From Acidimicrobiales bacterium (lineage in GTDB: Bacteria > Actinomycetota > Acidimicrobiia > Acidimicrobiales > JAHWLA01), in NCBI GenBank assembly GCA_036260075.1, contig DATAAM010000223.1, forward strand, positions 1,489 through 25,488: 24,000 nucleotides of DNA, in the 5' to 3' direction. Position numbers and translations under genes: made by a program. The notes under the pieces are model-generated. The model was given only the letters and a program-made list of their open reading frames with translations, was not told where the DNA came from and made no database searches. Below, one piece after another: positions 16,393 through 24,000 of this stretch (positions are counted from its first letter, which is position 1; every line of letters starts with the position of its first letter).

Positions 16393-17840
16393 TGGACCCC
16401 CAGATCCGCCGCCTGGGCATCGTGCTGATGGCGCTGTTCGTGGCCCTCTTCATCCAGCTCAACAACATCCAGGTGCTGCAGGCCGACAAGCTGGCCGACG
16501 ACCCCCGCAACACGCGCAACGCCACCCGCGACTTCAGCCGCGACCGGGGCCAGGTCCTCAGCGCCGACGGAGCCGTGCTGGCCCGGTCGGTGCCCACCGA
16601 CGGGCCCTTCGAGCGCCTGCGCCAGTACCCCGAGCACGACCTGTTCGCGCACGTCACCGGGTACTTCTCGTTCACCTTCGGCAGCGACGGCGTGGAGCGC
16701 ACGTACAACAACGTGCTGGCCGGCCGCGACATGGAGATCCGCCGCCTGCGCGACATCCTCACAGACAGGGTGATCGTCAACGACGTCACACTGACGATCA
16801 CCAAGCGCGTGCAGCAGGTCGCCCGCGACGCGCTGGGCGACCGCAAGGGCGCCGTCGTCGCCCTCGACCCGACCACGGGCGCCGTGCTGGCGCTGTGGAG
16901 CTTCCCCTCGTACGACCCCGAACGGCTGTCGGCCCACGACCAGCAGGCGGTGCAGCAGGCCTGGGACGAGCTCACTGCCGACCCCGACCGGCCGATGCTG
17001 CCCCGCACGTACCGGCGGGCCTATCCGCCGGGATCGACCTTCAAGGTGGTCACGTCGGCCGCCGCGCTCGAGCGGGCGCCGGAGCTGGTGACCAAGGACT
17101 ACCCGCGCCTGCGCGCCCTCGACCTGCCGCAGACGAACAAGGACCTGCCCAACTTCGGCGGCTCGACCTGCGGCGGCCCCCTGCCCCAGCTCCTGCGGGT
17201 GTCGTGCAACACGGGATACGCGCAGATGGGCCTCGACCTCGGTGCCGACAAGCTCTCCGGCGAGGCCCACGAGTTCGGCTTCGGGCAGCGGCCGCCGTTC
17301 GACCTGCCCGCGGTGGCGAGGTCGGTCTTCCCGGAGGCGGAGGAGTTCGAGCGCGACCTCCCCGGCCTGGCCCAGTCGGCCATCGGCCAGCAGAACGTGG
17401 CCGCCACCCCGCTCGAGATGGCGCTGGTGGCGGCGGGCGTGGCCAACGGCGGCAAGATCATGAAGCCGCACGTGCTGGCCGACGTGCGCGACAGCGAGGG
17501 CAACGTGGTGCGCACCGCGCAGCCGGGCGAGTGGCTCACGGCCACGTCGCCGGAGGCCGCCGCCGCTCTGCGCGACATGATGGTCGCCGTCGTCAACGGC
17601 GGCACCGCCACCCGGGCCGCCGTGCCCGGCGTGCAGGTGGCGGCCAAGACCGGCACCGCCCAGACCACAGGCGACAACTCCCACGCGTGGATCGTGGCGT
17701 TCGCGCCCGCGGAGGCGCCGCGGGTGGCCGTCGCCGTCATCGTCGAGAGCCAGCCGGGCCTCGGCGACACCGTCACCGGCGGCCGCATCGCCGCCCCGAT
17801 CGCCCGGGCCGTCATCCAAGCGGCACTGGCCGGCCCGTAG
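16392..17840 (+). CDS. pbpA: Penicillin-binding protein (transpeptidase) PbpA
   Basis: PPGSTFKVVT (SxxK), VSCNTGYAQMG (SxN), AAKTGTAQTTGDNSHAWIVAFAP (KTG). Start overlaps the rodA stop region. Confidence 0.92.
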   Translation: MDPQIRRLGIVLMALFVALFIQLNNIQVLQADKLADDPRNTRNATRDFSRDRGQVLSADGAVLARSVPTDGPFERLRQYPEHDLFAHVTGYFSFTFGSDGVERTYNNVLAGRDMEIRRLRDILTDRVIVNDVTLTITKRVQQVARDALGDRKGAVVALDPTTGAVLALWSFPSYDPERLSAHDQQAVQQAWDELTADPDRPMLPRTYRRAYPPGSTFKVVTSAAALERAPELVTKDYPRLRALDLPQTNKDLPNFGGSTCGGPLPQLLRVSCNTGYAQMGLDLGADKLSGEAHEFGFGQRPPFDLPAVARSVFPEAEEFERDLPGLAQSAIGQQNVAATPLEMALVAAGVANGGKIMKPHVLADVRDSEGNVVRTAQPGEWLTATSPEAAAALRDMMVAVVNGGTATRAAVPGVQVAAKTGTAQTTGDNSHAWIVAFAPAEAPRVAVAVIVESQPGLGDTVTGGRIAAPIARAVIQAALAGP

Positions 17841-17855
17841 GCTGGTCGGAGGCCC

Positions 17856-19730
17856 ATGGCACAACGCGCGCACGTCTTCAACGGCCGGTACGAGATCGTT
17901 CGACCCATCGCCCGAGGCGGCATGGCCGACGTGTTCCTCGCACGCGACCAGCTCCTCGACCGCCCGGTGGCGCTGAAGGTCCTGTTCCCCGAGCTGTCGG
18001 TCGACCGCTCGTTCGTGGAGCGGTTCCGGCGGGAGGCGCAGGCCGCCGCCAACCTCACGCACCCCAACGTGGTGTCCGTCTACGACTTCGGCGAGGAGGA
18101 CGGCACCAGCTTCATCGTCATGGAGTACATCGACGGCCGCACCCTCACGTCGATCGTCCGGGCCGAGGGACCGCTGCTGGCCGATCGGGCCGCCGCCATC
18201 GGGGCCGACGTGGCCGCCGCGCTGGCCTTCGCCCATCGGCAGGGCGTCGTGCACCGCGACGTGAAGCCGGGCAACGTGCTGATCGACGGGTCGGGCCACG
18301 TGCGCGTCACCGACTTCGGCATCGCCCGCGCCGCCAACACCGAGGAGAACCTGACCCAGGCGGGCGCGGTGATGGGCACGGCGACGTACTTCTCGCCCGA
18401 GCAGGCCCAGGGCCACCGGGTCGACGGGCGGTCCGACGTCTACAGCCTCGGGGTGGTGCTCTACGAGATGGTCACCGGGCACCCGCCCTTCGCCGGCGAC
18501 AACCCTGTCTCCATCGCCTACAAGCACGTGCGGGAGGATCCGCCCCTGCCGCGGTCGGTCAACCCGGCCGTGCCGCCCGCCTTCGAGGCGATCGTCATGC
18601 AGGCGATGGCCAAGGACCCGGCCCTGCGCTACCAGAGCGCCGACGACCTTCGGGCCGACCTGTTGCGGTTCCGCCAGGGTCGCGGCGTCATGGCGGGCCC
18701 GCCCACCCAGTCCGTGGCGGCCACCACCGTGCAACCCTCGGTGGCCGCCGACCGCACCCGCATGGTGAGCGCCACCGAGGTGGCACCCCCGCCCACGTCG
18801 CCCCGCCGCACCGGCGCCTACATCGCCCTGCTGTTCGTCATGCTGGCGGCGCTGGCGGTGCTGCTGTTCCTGCTGGGCCGCACACTGGGCCTGTTCGGCG
18901 GCGACTCGGCCCCGAAGCAGGTCGACGTGCCCAGCGTCATCGGCAAGACGGCCGACGAGGCCGACTCCGTCCTCACCGACCTGGGCCTGGTCGTCGAGCG
19001 CCAGTTCGAGAACAACGAGGCCGACGCCAACGTGGTGTTCGCCCAGGACCCGACGGCGGGCGAGCGGGTCGACACCGGCAGTCGCGTGATCATCAAGGTG
19101 AGCCAGGGCGAGGCGCCCGTGCGCGTGCCCAGCGTGGTGGGCGAGGACGTGGAGGAGGCCGTCGACACCTTGCGGGCCGCGGGCTTCGAGGTGCAGCAGA
19201 CGAGCCAGGCCGACCCGGAGGCGCCCGAGGGGCGCGTGCTGTCGCAGGACCCGCGCGGAGGGCAGGAGGCACCCAAGGCCTCGGTGGTGCGCATCGTGGT
19301 GTCGAGCGGCAAGCCCAAGGTGGCGGTGCCCAACGTGGTCGGGAAGGACGAGACGCCGGCCAAGGACGAGATCCTCAACGCCGGGCTGAAGGTGCGCACC
19401 GTGGAGGAGGCGTCGACCACCGTGGCCGAGGGCAAGGTCATCCGCACCGACCCGCCCGGCGGCACCGAGGTCGACCAAGGCTCGACCGTGACGGTGGTGG
19501 TGTCGTCCGGCGTGGAGCGGCTGGAGGTGCCCGACGTGACCGGCCGCACGCAGGAGGACGCCGTCAACATCCTGCGCAACGCCGGGTTCCAGGTGCAGGT
19601 GCAGACGGAGAACGTGCAGGACGACGCCCAGGACGGCCGGGTGCTGCGCCAGACGCCGACCGGGGGCAGCTCGGCCGACCGGGGCTCGGTGGTCACCATC
19701 ACGGTGGGCCGGAAGCGGGGGAACAGCTAG
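17856..19730 (+). CDS. pknB: Ser/Thr protein kinase with four C-terminal PASTA repeats
   Basis: GGMADVFLARD, VVHRDVKPGNVLIDGSGHVRVTDFGIAR, a TM helix, then four PASTA units starting VDVPSVIGKT, VRVPSVVGED, VAVPNVVGKD and LEVPDVTGRT. Confidence 0.94.
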   Translation: MAQRAHVFNGRYEIVRPIARGGMADVFLARDQLLDRPVALKVLFPELSVDRSFVERFRREAQAAANLTHPNVVSVYDFGEEDGTSFIVMEYIDGRTLTSIVRAEGPLLADRAAAIGADVAAALAFAHRQGVVHRDVKPGNVLIDGSGHVRVTDFGIARAANTEENLTQAGAVMGTATYFSPEQAQGHRVDGRSDVYSLGVVLYEMVTGHPPFAGDNPVSIAYKHVREDPPLPRSVNPAVPPAFEAIVMQAMAKDPALRYQSADDLRADLLRFRQGRGVMAGPPTQSVAATTVQPSVAADRTRMVSATEVAPPPTSPRRTGAYIALLFVMLAALAVLLFLLGRTLGLFGGDSAPKQVDVPSVIGKTADEADSVLTDLGLVVERQFENNEADANVVFAQDPTAGERVDTGSRVIIKVSQGEAPVRVPSVVGEDVEEAVDTLRAAGFEVQQTSQADPEAPEGRVLSQDPRGGQEAPKASVVRIVVSSGKPKVAVPNVVGKDETPAKDEILNAGLKVRTVEEASTTVAEGKVIRTDPPGGTEVDQGSTVTVVVSSGVERLEVPDVTGRTQEDAVNILRNAGFQVQVQTENVQDDAQDGRVLRQTPTGGSSADRGSVVTITVGRKRGNS

Positions 19731-20119
19731 GAGTCGAGGCGGCGGGCGTGCCGGGCGAGCACGGCGGCGCCCGCGAACGTGGCTGCGTGCCCGGTGCCCA
19801 TGTCGGCGATGAGGCGGGCGATCTCGGTGCTGTCGGCGAGCACCCAGCCGTTCACCTCGTAGAACCGGCCCACGGCCCGGCGGGCGATCTCCTCGTTGTC
19901 GAGGGCGAACGGGTGGAACGCCAGCAGCCCCTCGAGCAGCGCGGCAGCCAGCTGGTGGATGTTCGCCTCGAGGGTGCCGGGCTCGGCCTCGGCTGTGCGG
20001 CGCAGCGCCAGGTAGAGCGCCTCGCGGTCGACGTTGTCGACGCGGCCGAGCACATCGTGGGCGACGCGCAACACGTCGGTCGCAGACAAGTAGCGTACGG
20101 GGAAGTGAGCGCCACTCAT
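19727..20119 (-). CDS. Fic/Doc-family-like protein (putative toxin) with degenerate Fic motif
   Basis: YLSATDVLRVAHDVLG...NIHQLAAALLEGLLAFHPFALDNEEIARRAVGRFYEVNGWVLA. Divergent from an RHH gene. Confidence 0.6.
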   Translation of the reverse strand: MSGAHFPVRYLSATDVLRVAHDVLGRVDNVDREALYLALRRTAEAEPGTLEANIHQLAAALLEGLLAFHPFALDNEEIARRAVGRFYEVNGWVLADSTEIARLIADMGTGHAATFAGAAVLARHARRLDS

Positions 20120-20172
20120 TGACTGCGGACATCATGACATCATTCACACACTATGAGTGGTGATGCTCATAG
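20112..20172. promoter_or_regulatory. Operator-like dyads between the Doc-like and RHH genes
   Basis: CCACTCAT (20112-20119) / ATGAGTGG (20153-20160); CTATGAG (20151-20157) / CTCATAG (20166-20172); tandem GACATCAT GACATCAT (20128-20143). Confidence 0.5.
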
Positions 20173-20190
20173 GCAGCTAGGATCTCGCCC

Positions 20191-20421
20191 ATGGCCCTCG
20201 ACGACCACGCGTTCAAGGCGCGGCTCCCCGCCGACGTGTGGAGCGAGCTGCGCACCTACGCCTACCTCTCGAAGCTGAGCGTCAACGAGGTGGTGGTGAA
20301 GGCCGTCCGCTCGTTCCTGGCGCAGGAGGCGACGGCCCCCGAGGTGCGCGCCATGATCGAAGCCGAGGCGGCACGGTTGCGGCGCCTGCTCGAGGAGGAG
20401 GGCCGCGCGGGCGACCGCTAG
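20191..20421 (+). CDS. Ribbon-helix-helix protein (putative antitoxin/regulator)
   Basis: [39 protein letters not shown]. Confidence 0.7.
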   Translation: MALDDHAFKARLPADVWSELRTYAYLSKLSVNEVVVKAVRSFLAQEATAPEVRAMIEAEAARLRRLLEEEGRAGDR

Positions 20422-21008
20422 GCCGGCAGCAGGCCGGCGGTGGCGAGGAAGTTGCGCAGGAGCGGCTTGCCCACCGACGTGAGGATCGACTCGGGGTGGA
20501 ACTGGACGCCTTCCACCGGCAGCCCCCGGTGCCGCACCGCCATGATCACGCCGTCGGCGGTGGTCGCCGTGACCTCCAGCTCGTCGGGCACGGACGCGGG
20601 GTCGATCACCAGCGAGTGGTAGCGGGTGGCCTCGAAGGGATCGGGCAGCCCGGCCAGTACGCCGTCGCCCCGGTGGTGCACCGGCGAGGTCTTGCCGTGC
20701 ATGATCTCAGGCGCCCGCACGATGCGAGCGCCGAACACCTGGCCGATGCACTGGTGCCCGAGGCACACGCCGAGCACGGGCACGCCCGCCCGGCCGAAGC
20801 GCTCCACCACCTCGTTGCTGATGCCCGCGTCCTCGGGCCGCCCGGGGCCGGGAGAGACGAGCACGGCGTCGGGCCGCAGCGCCTCCGCCTGGTCGACGGT
20901 GACGGCGTCGTTGCGGTGCACGACGGGCTCGGCGCCCAGCTCGCCCAGGTACTGCACGAGGTTGTAGACGAACGAGTCGTAGTTGTCGACGACGAGCACG
21001 CGGGGCAC
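20418..21008 (-). CDS. pabA: Aminodeoxychorismate/anthranilate synthase component II (glutamine amidotransferase)
   Basis: [65 protein letters not shown]. Confidence 0.9.
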   Translation of the reverse strand: MPRVLVVDNYDSFVYNLVQYLGELGAEPVVHRNDAVTVDQAEALRPDAVLVSPGPGRPEDAGISNEVVERFGRAGVPVLGVCLGHQCIGQVFGARIVRAPEIMHGKTSPVHHRGDGVLAGLPDPFEATRYHSLVIDPASVPDELEVTATTADGVIMAVRHRGLPVEGVQFHPESILTSVGKPLLRNFLATAGLLPA

Positions 21009-21018
21009 GGGGTCGAGG

Positions 21019-21723
21019 TTACGAGGACTGCCGCGCGTACTGCAGGTCGATTGCGCCCTTGTAGGCGGGCACCTCCACTGTCGACTCACGGGAGACGGAG
21101 AAGCGCAGCCCGAACGACTCGGCGTCGTCGTGCAGCCGGCGTACGAGCTTGTCGGCCTCGAAGCGGTCGCGGCCCGCGCCCACCGCCACCACTGTGTACG
21201 GCGGCGAGTGCACGGTGCCGTTGAGCAGGAGGGTGTTGCCGACGCAGAGCACGGCGCTGGTGCCCACCAGGCGCTGGCCGTTGATGGCGATCGCCTCGGC
21301 GCCCGCCCGCCACAGCGCGTTGACCACGGCCTGCACGTCCTGGGAGTGGACGACCAAGTCGTTGACGTTGCCGGACGCGGGCTCCTCCTCCTCGGAGTCG
21401 TCGAGGACGACGCGCAGCCCCGGGCCCCGCACCGCCACCAGCCCGGCGGCCAGCGTGGCGTCCCGCAGCTCCTCCTCCCGGGCGCCTGCGCCTTGGAGGA
21501 AGCCGGTTCGAGTGGTGCGCAGCCGGCTCACGCGGTTGCGCAGGTCGGCCACCTCGCTGCGGAGGGCGGCGGCCGTCCGCTGCTCGCGCTCGATGAGATC
21601 CGCGAGCCGGTAGCGCTGGGTCAGGCGGGCCTCGGGGTCGGCGGGCCGGGCGCGCAGGGCCGTGGCGAGGACGAAGCCGATGCCGAGGCAGGCCAGGACG
21701 AGCAGCGTGCGCGACCGTCGCAT
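21019..21723 (-). CDS. DUF881-family membrane-anchored protein
   Basis: [25 protein letters not shown]... [12 protein letters not shown]...[33 protein letters not shown], typical of the YlxW/DUF881 family next to crgA. Confidence 0.85.
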   Translation of the reverse strand: MRRSRTLLVLACLGIGFVLATALRARPADPEARLTQRYRLADLIEREQRTAAALRSEVADLRNRVSRLRTTRTGFLQGAGAREEELRDATLAAGLVAVRGPGLRVVLDDSEEEEPASGNVNDLVVHSQDVQAVVNALWRAGAEAIAINGQRLVGTSAVLCVGNTLLLNGTVHSPPYTVVAVGAGRDRFEADKLVRRLHDDAESFGLRFSVSRESTVEVPAYKGAIDLQYARQSS

Positions 21724-21738
21724 GGCTATCCTCCCCGC

Positions 21739-22059
21739 ATGCCCATTCTGGGACGACGCTCGAAGGGGGCCGAGGCGGAGGCCGGCGAGGGCAAGGCCAA
21801 GCGGTCCGGCAGCGGCCGCGTGACGCCCAAAGGCACGGCCGGCGGCCGGTACACGCCGCCCACGCCCAAGGAGTACAAGGTCAGCCCGCGCTGGGTGCCC
21901 GTGCTCATGCTGGCGCTGCTGGTGAGCGGGATGCTGGTGATCATCAGCAACTACCTTCCCGACGCGGGCATCCTGCCCGGCGACACCAGCAACATCTGGC
22001 TGCTCGTGGGGCTCGGCCTCATCACCGGCGGCTTCATCACCGCCACCCGCTACCGCTGA
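21739..22059 (+). CDS. crgA: Cell division protein CrgA
   Basis: SPRWVPVLMLALLVSGMLVIISNYLP...NIWLLVGLGLITGGFITATRYR. Confidence 0.9.
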   Translation: MPILGRRSKGAEAEAGEGKAKRSGSGRVTPKGTAGGRYTPPTPKEYKVSPRWVPVLMLALLVSGMLVIISNYLPDAGILPGDTSNIWLLVGLGLITGGFITATRYR

Positions 22060-22066
22060 CCCCTCC

Positions 22067-22115
22067 GTTTTGGGCACGGTTTCCTGCGCTATAGGCAGAA
22101 AAACGTGCCCAAAAC
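22067..22115. terminator. Bidirectional terminator-like hairpin with 12-bp perfect stem
   Basis: GTTTTGGGCACG (22067-22078) / CGTGCCCAAAAC (22104-22115), between convergent crgA and the zinc-ribbon gene. The loop contains CTGC/GCAG. Confidence 0.65.
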
Positions 22116-22185
22116 CGGCCAAGGGGTGGGCGGGAAGTTACAGGGCTGTAACTCTCCCCAGGGTCGTCCACAGGGTGGGGAGAAG

Positions 22186-22431
22186 TCATTCGACGGGGGC
22201 CACCAGCTGCATGTCCTCCATGCAGTGCCGGGGGGCCTCCGGGTCCTCCTCGGGGGCGGCCGTGACGCGCAGCTCGACCCCGCACACGGTGCAGCGGTAG
22301 CGCAGGTTGACCTTGCGCAGCTCGCCAGGCGGCGGCGGGGGCGGCACCGGGCGGGCCAGCGCCCGCAGCACGGCGATCCCCAGCCGCAGGATCACCAGGA
22401 AGAGCAGCACGCTCACGACGACCTTCAGCAC
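22186..22431 (-). CDS. Small membrane protein with putative zinc-ribbon-like Cys cluster
   Basis: N-terminal TM (MLKVVVSVLLFLVILRLGIAVL) and YRCTVCGVELRV...RHCMEDM. Confidence 0.65.
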   Translation of the reverse strand: MLKVVVSVLLFLVILRLGIAVLRALARPVPPPPPPGELRKVNLRYRCTVCGVELRVTAAPEEDPEAPRHCMEDMQLVAPVE

Positions 22432-22519
22432 CGGCGCCAGGCTAGGCCAGGCCCCGCCGTCCGGCTTTTGTTCCCCGGCAGCGCACTGTGGTGCGCCCCC
22501 GGGGAAACGAACGTCGTGA

Positions 22520-23707
22520 CTACAGGCGCTCGATGACGGTGGCGTTGGCCATGCCGCCGCCCTCGCACATCGTGAGCAGGCCGTAGCGGCCGCCGGTGCG
22601 CTCCAACTCGTTGAGCAGCGTGGCCAACAGCTTGGTGCCCGAGGCGCCCAGCGGGTGACCGAGCGCGATGGCGCCGCCGTTCACGTTGACCTTGGCCATG
22701 TCGGGGTGGAGCTCCTTCTCCCACGCCAGGACGACCGAGGCGAAGGCCTCGTTGATCTCGACCAGGTCGATGTCGTCCATCGACAGCTTGGCCCGCTCCA
22801 GCGCCTTCTCGGTGGCGGGGATGGGGCCGGTCAGCATGAAGATGGGGTCGACGCCCGCCAGCGCGAACGTGTGGAACCGGGCCCGCGGCTTGAGCCCCAG
22901 CTCGGCCGCCTTCTCCTCGCTCATGATCAGCGCGGCCGAGGCGCCGTCGGTGATCTGCGACGAGTTGCCCGCGGTGATCACGCCGTCGGGCTTGAAGGCG
23001 GGCTTGAGGTTGCCCAGCGTCTCCACCGTGGTGCCGGGGCGGATGCCCTCGTCGTGCTCCACCAGCGCGTCGCTCTCGATGACCTTGCCGGTCTCGCGGT
23101 CGAGCTTGCGCTCCCGCACCGGGACGATCTCGTTCTCGAAGCGGCCCTCGGCGTCGGCCTGCTCGGCCAGTGTCTGGCTGCGGGCGCCGTAGGCGTCGAC
23201 GTCCTCCCGGCTGAGGTTCCACTTCTCGGCGATGAGCTCGGCCGAGATGCCCTGCGGGACCAGGCCGCCGCGCTCGGCGTAGCGCTCCATGACCTTGGGG
23301 CCGAAGGGGATCGAGCCCGGCGTCACCGACGCGCCCATCGGGGTGGTGGTCATCACCTCGACGCCGCCGGCGACCACGATGTCGTAGGCGCCTGCGATGA
23401 CGCCTTGGGCCGCGAAGTGGGCCGACTGCTGCGACGAGCCGCACTGGCGGTCGACGGTGGTGGCGGGCACCGACTCGGGCCAGCCCGCGGCGAGCACGGC
23501 GTTGCGGCCGATGTTGATGCTCTGGTGGCCGACCTGCATGACGCAGCCCATGATCACGTCCTCGACGAGCGCGGGGTCGAGGTCGTTGCGCTCGGCGAGG
23601 GCCTTCAGCACCTCGCCGGCCAGGTCGGCCGGGTGCCAGCCCGACAGGCGTCCGTTGCGCTTGCCGCCCGCGGTGCGGATGGCGTCGACGATCACGGCGG
23701 TGGGCAT
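22520..23707 (-). CDS. Acetyl-CoA C-acyltransferase (thiolase family)
   Basis: MPTAVIVDAIRTAGGKRNGRLSG; DRQCGSSQQSAHFAAQGVIAGAYDIVVAGGVEVM; NVNGGAIALGHPLGASGTKLLATLL; MCEGGGMANATVIERL. Confidence 0.93.
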   Translation of the reverse strand: MPTAVIVDAIRTAGGKRNGRLSGWHPADLAGEVLKALAERNDLDPALVEDVIMGCVMQVGHQSINIGRNAVLAAGWPESVPATTVDRQCGSSQQSAHFAAQGVIAGAYDIVVAGGVEVMTTTPMGASVTPGSIPFGPKVMERYAERGGLVPQGISAELIAEKWNLSREDVDAYGARSQTLAEQADAEGRFENEIVPVRERKLDRETGKVIESDALVEHDEGIRPGTTVETLGNLKPAFKPDGVITAGNSSQITDGASAALIMSEEKAAELGLKPRARFHTFALAGVDPIFMLTGPIPATEKALERAKLSMDDIDLVEINEAFASVVLAWEKELHPDMAKVNVNGGAIALGHPLGASGTKLLATLLNELERTGGRYGLLTMCEGGGMANATVIERL

Positions 23708-23802
23708 CGCAGCTCCTCTTTCAGTTCTGGACCGGTCGGTCAAGTTTTCACCGGGGGCCGTGCTTGCTGCAACCCGGCGCCCGCCCGGTAGCTTCCCGGC
23801 CC

Positions 23803-24000
23803 ATGAAGGACATGGACCGGTGGCTGGGCGACGGGGGCATGGCGATCATCGCCGCCATCGGCGCCGCGTTCGGGTCGTACGGCGACGGCTGGGTGGAGGG
23901 GTCGTGGGAGCCCACCCCCCTCGCCTGCAACCCGCACGGCACCGTGCAGGCGGGCGTGCACGCCGTGGTGCTCGACGCCGCCATGAACTTCGCCATCAAC
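23803..24000 (+). CDS. PaaI-like hotdog-fold thioesterase, truncated at the window end
   Basis: Open frame to the window edge: MKDMDRWLGDGGMAIIAAIGAAFGSYGDGWVEGSWEPTPLACNPHGTVQAGVHAVVLDAAMNFAIN. Confidence 0.7.
   Translation, partial: MKDMDRWLGDGGMAIIAAIGAAFGSYGDGWVEGSWEPTPLACNPHGTVQAGVHAVVLDAAMNFAIN

Noticed and set aside
18940-19727. Possible tandem DNA repeat at the 3' end of pknB
   Set aside because: These are four diverged PASTA protein domains, not nucleotide-level tandem repeats.
16305-20147. 1280-aa minus-strand ORF antisense to pbpA/pknB, crossing the Doc-like gene region
   Set aside because: His/Arg/Gly-rich low-complexity product typical of the antisense frame in high-GC DNA. 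It overlaps well-supported pbpA and pknB.
23748-23999. Minus-strand ORF near the window end
   Set aside because: Antisense to the convincing PaaI-like thioesterase reading frame (CNPHGTVQAGVHAVVLDAAMNFA).

Overview
High-GC actinobacterial chromosome segment, probably Acidimicrobiia-like. The core content is larB-larC, a secreted protein, an orphan sensor kinase and an orotate-PRTase-like gene. Further right come tRNA-Leu(CAG) and the conserved cell-envelope/signalling block fhaA-fhaB-pstP-rodA/ftsW-pbpA-pknB, then a pabA/trpG-like amidotransferase, a DUF881-type protein, crgA, a thiolase and a partial hotdog thioesterase. An accessory island lies between the PRTase-like gene (ends 5332) and tRNA-Leu (starts 12645). 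Its left part (about 5.4-7.8 kb) is visibly more AT-rich. It encodes a minus-strand operon of a soluble orotate-PRTase-like protein, a small helical protein and a predicted membrane-anchored PRTase-like protein, divergent from a small winged-helix regulator across a dyad-rich spacer. Its right part (about 7.8-12.5 kb) encodes an excisionase-like HTH with paired palindromic operators, a string of overlapping tiny genes (RHH, HTH), a minus-strand RHH protein, and a roughly 480-bp apparently non-coding, hairpin-rich stretch that includes a 17-bp stem. It ends with a tyrosine-recombinase-fold protein that is frame-disrupted and degenerate at its active site, whose stop overlaps the GTG start of a large DDE transposase-like protein. 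A second small accessory unit, a divergent Doc/Fic-like protein plus RHH protein with a degenerate Fic motif, sits between pknB and pabA. It is joined to both neighbours by 4-bp CTAG stop-codon overlaps.
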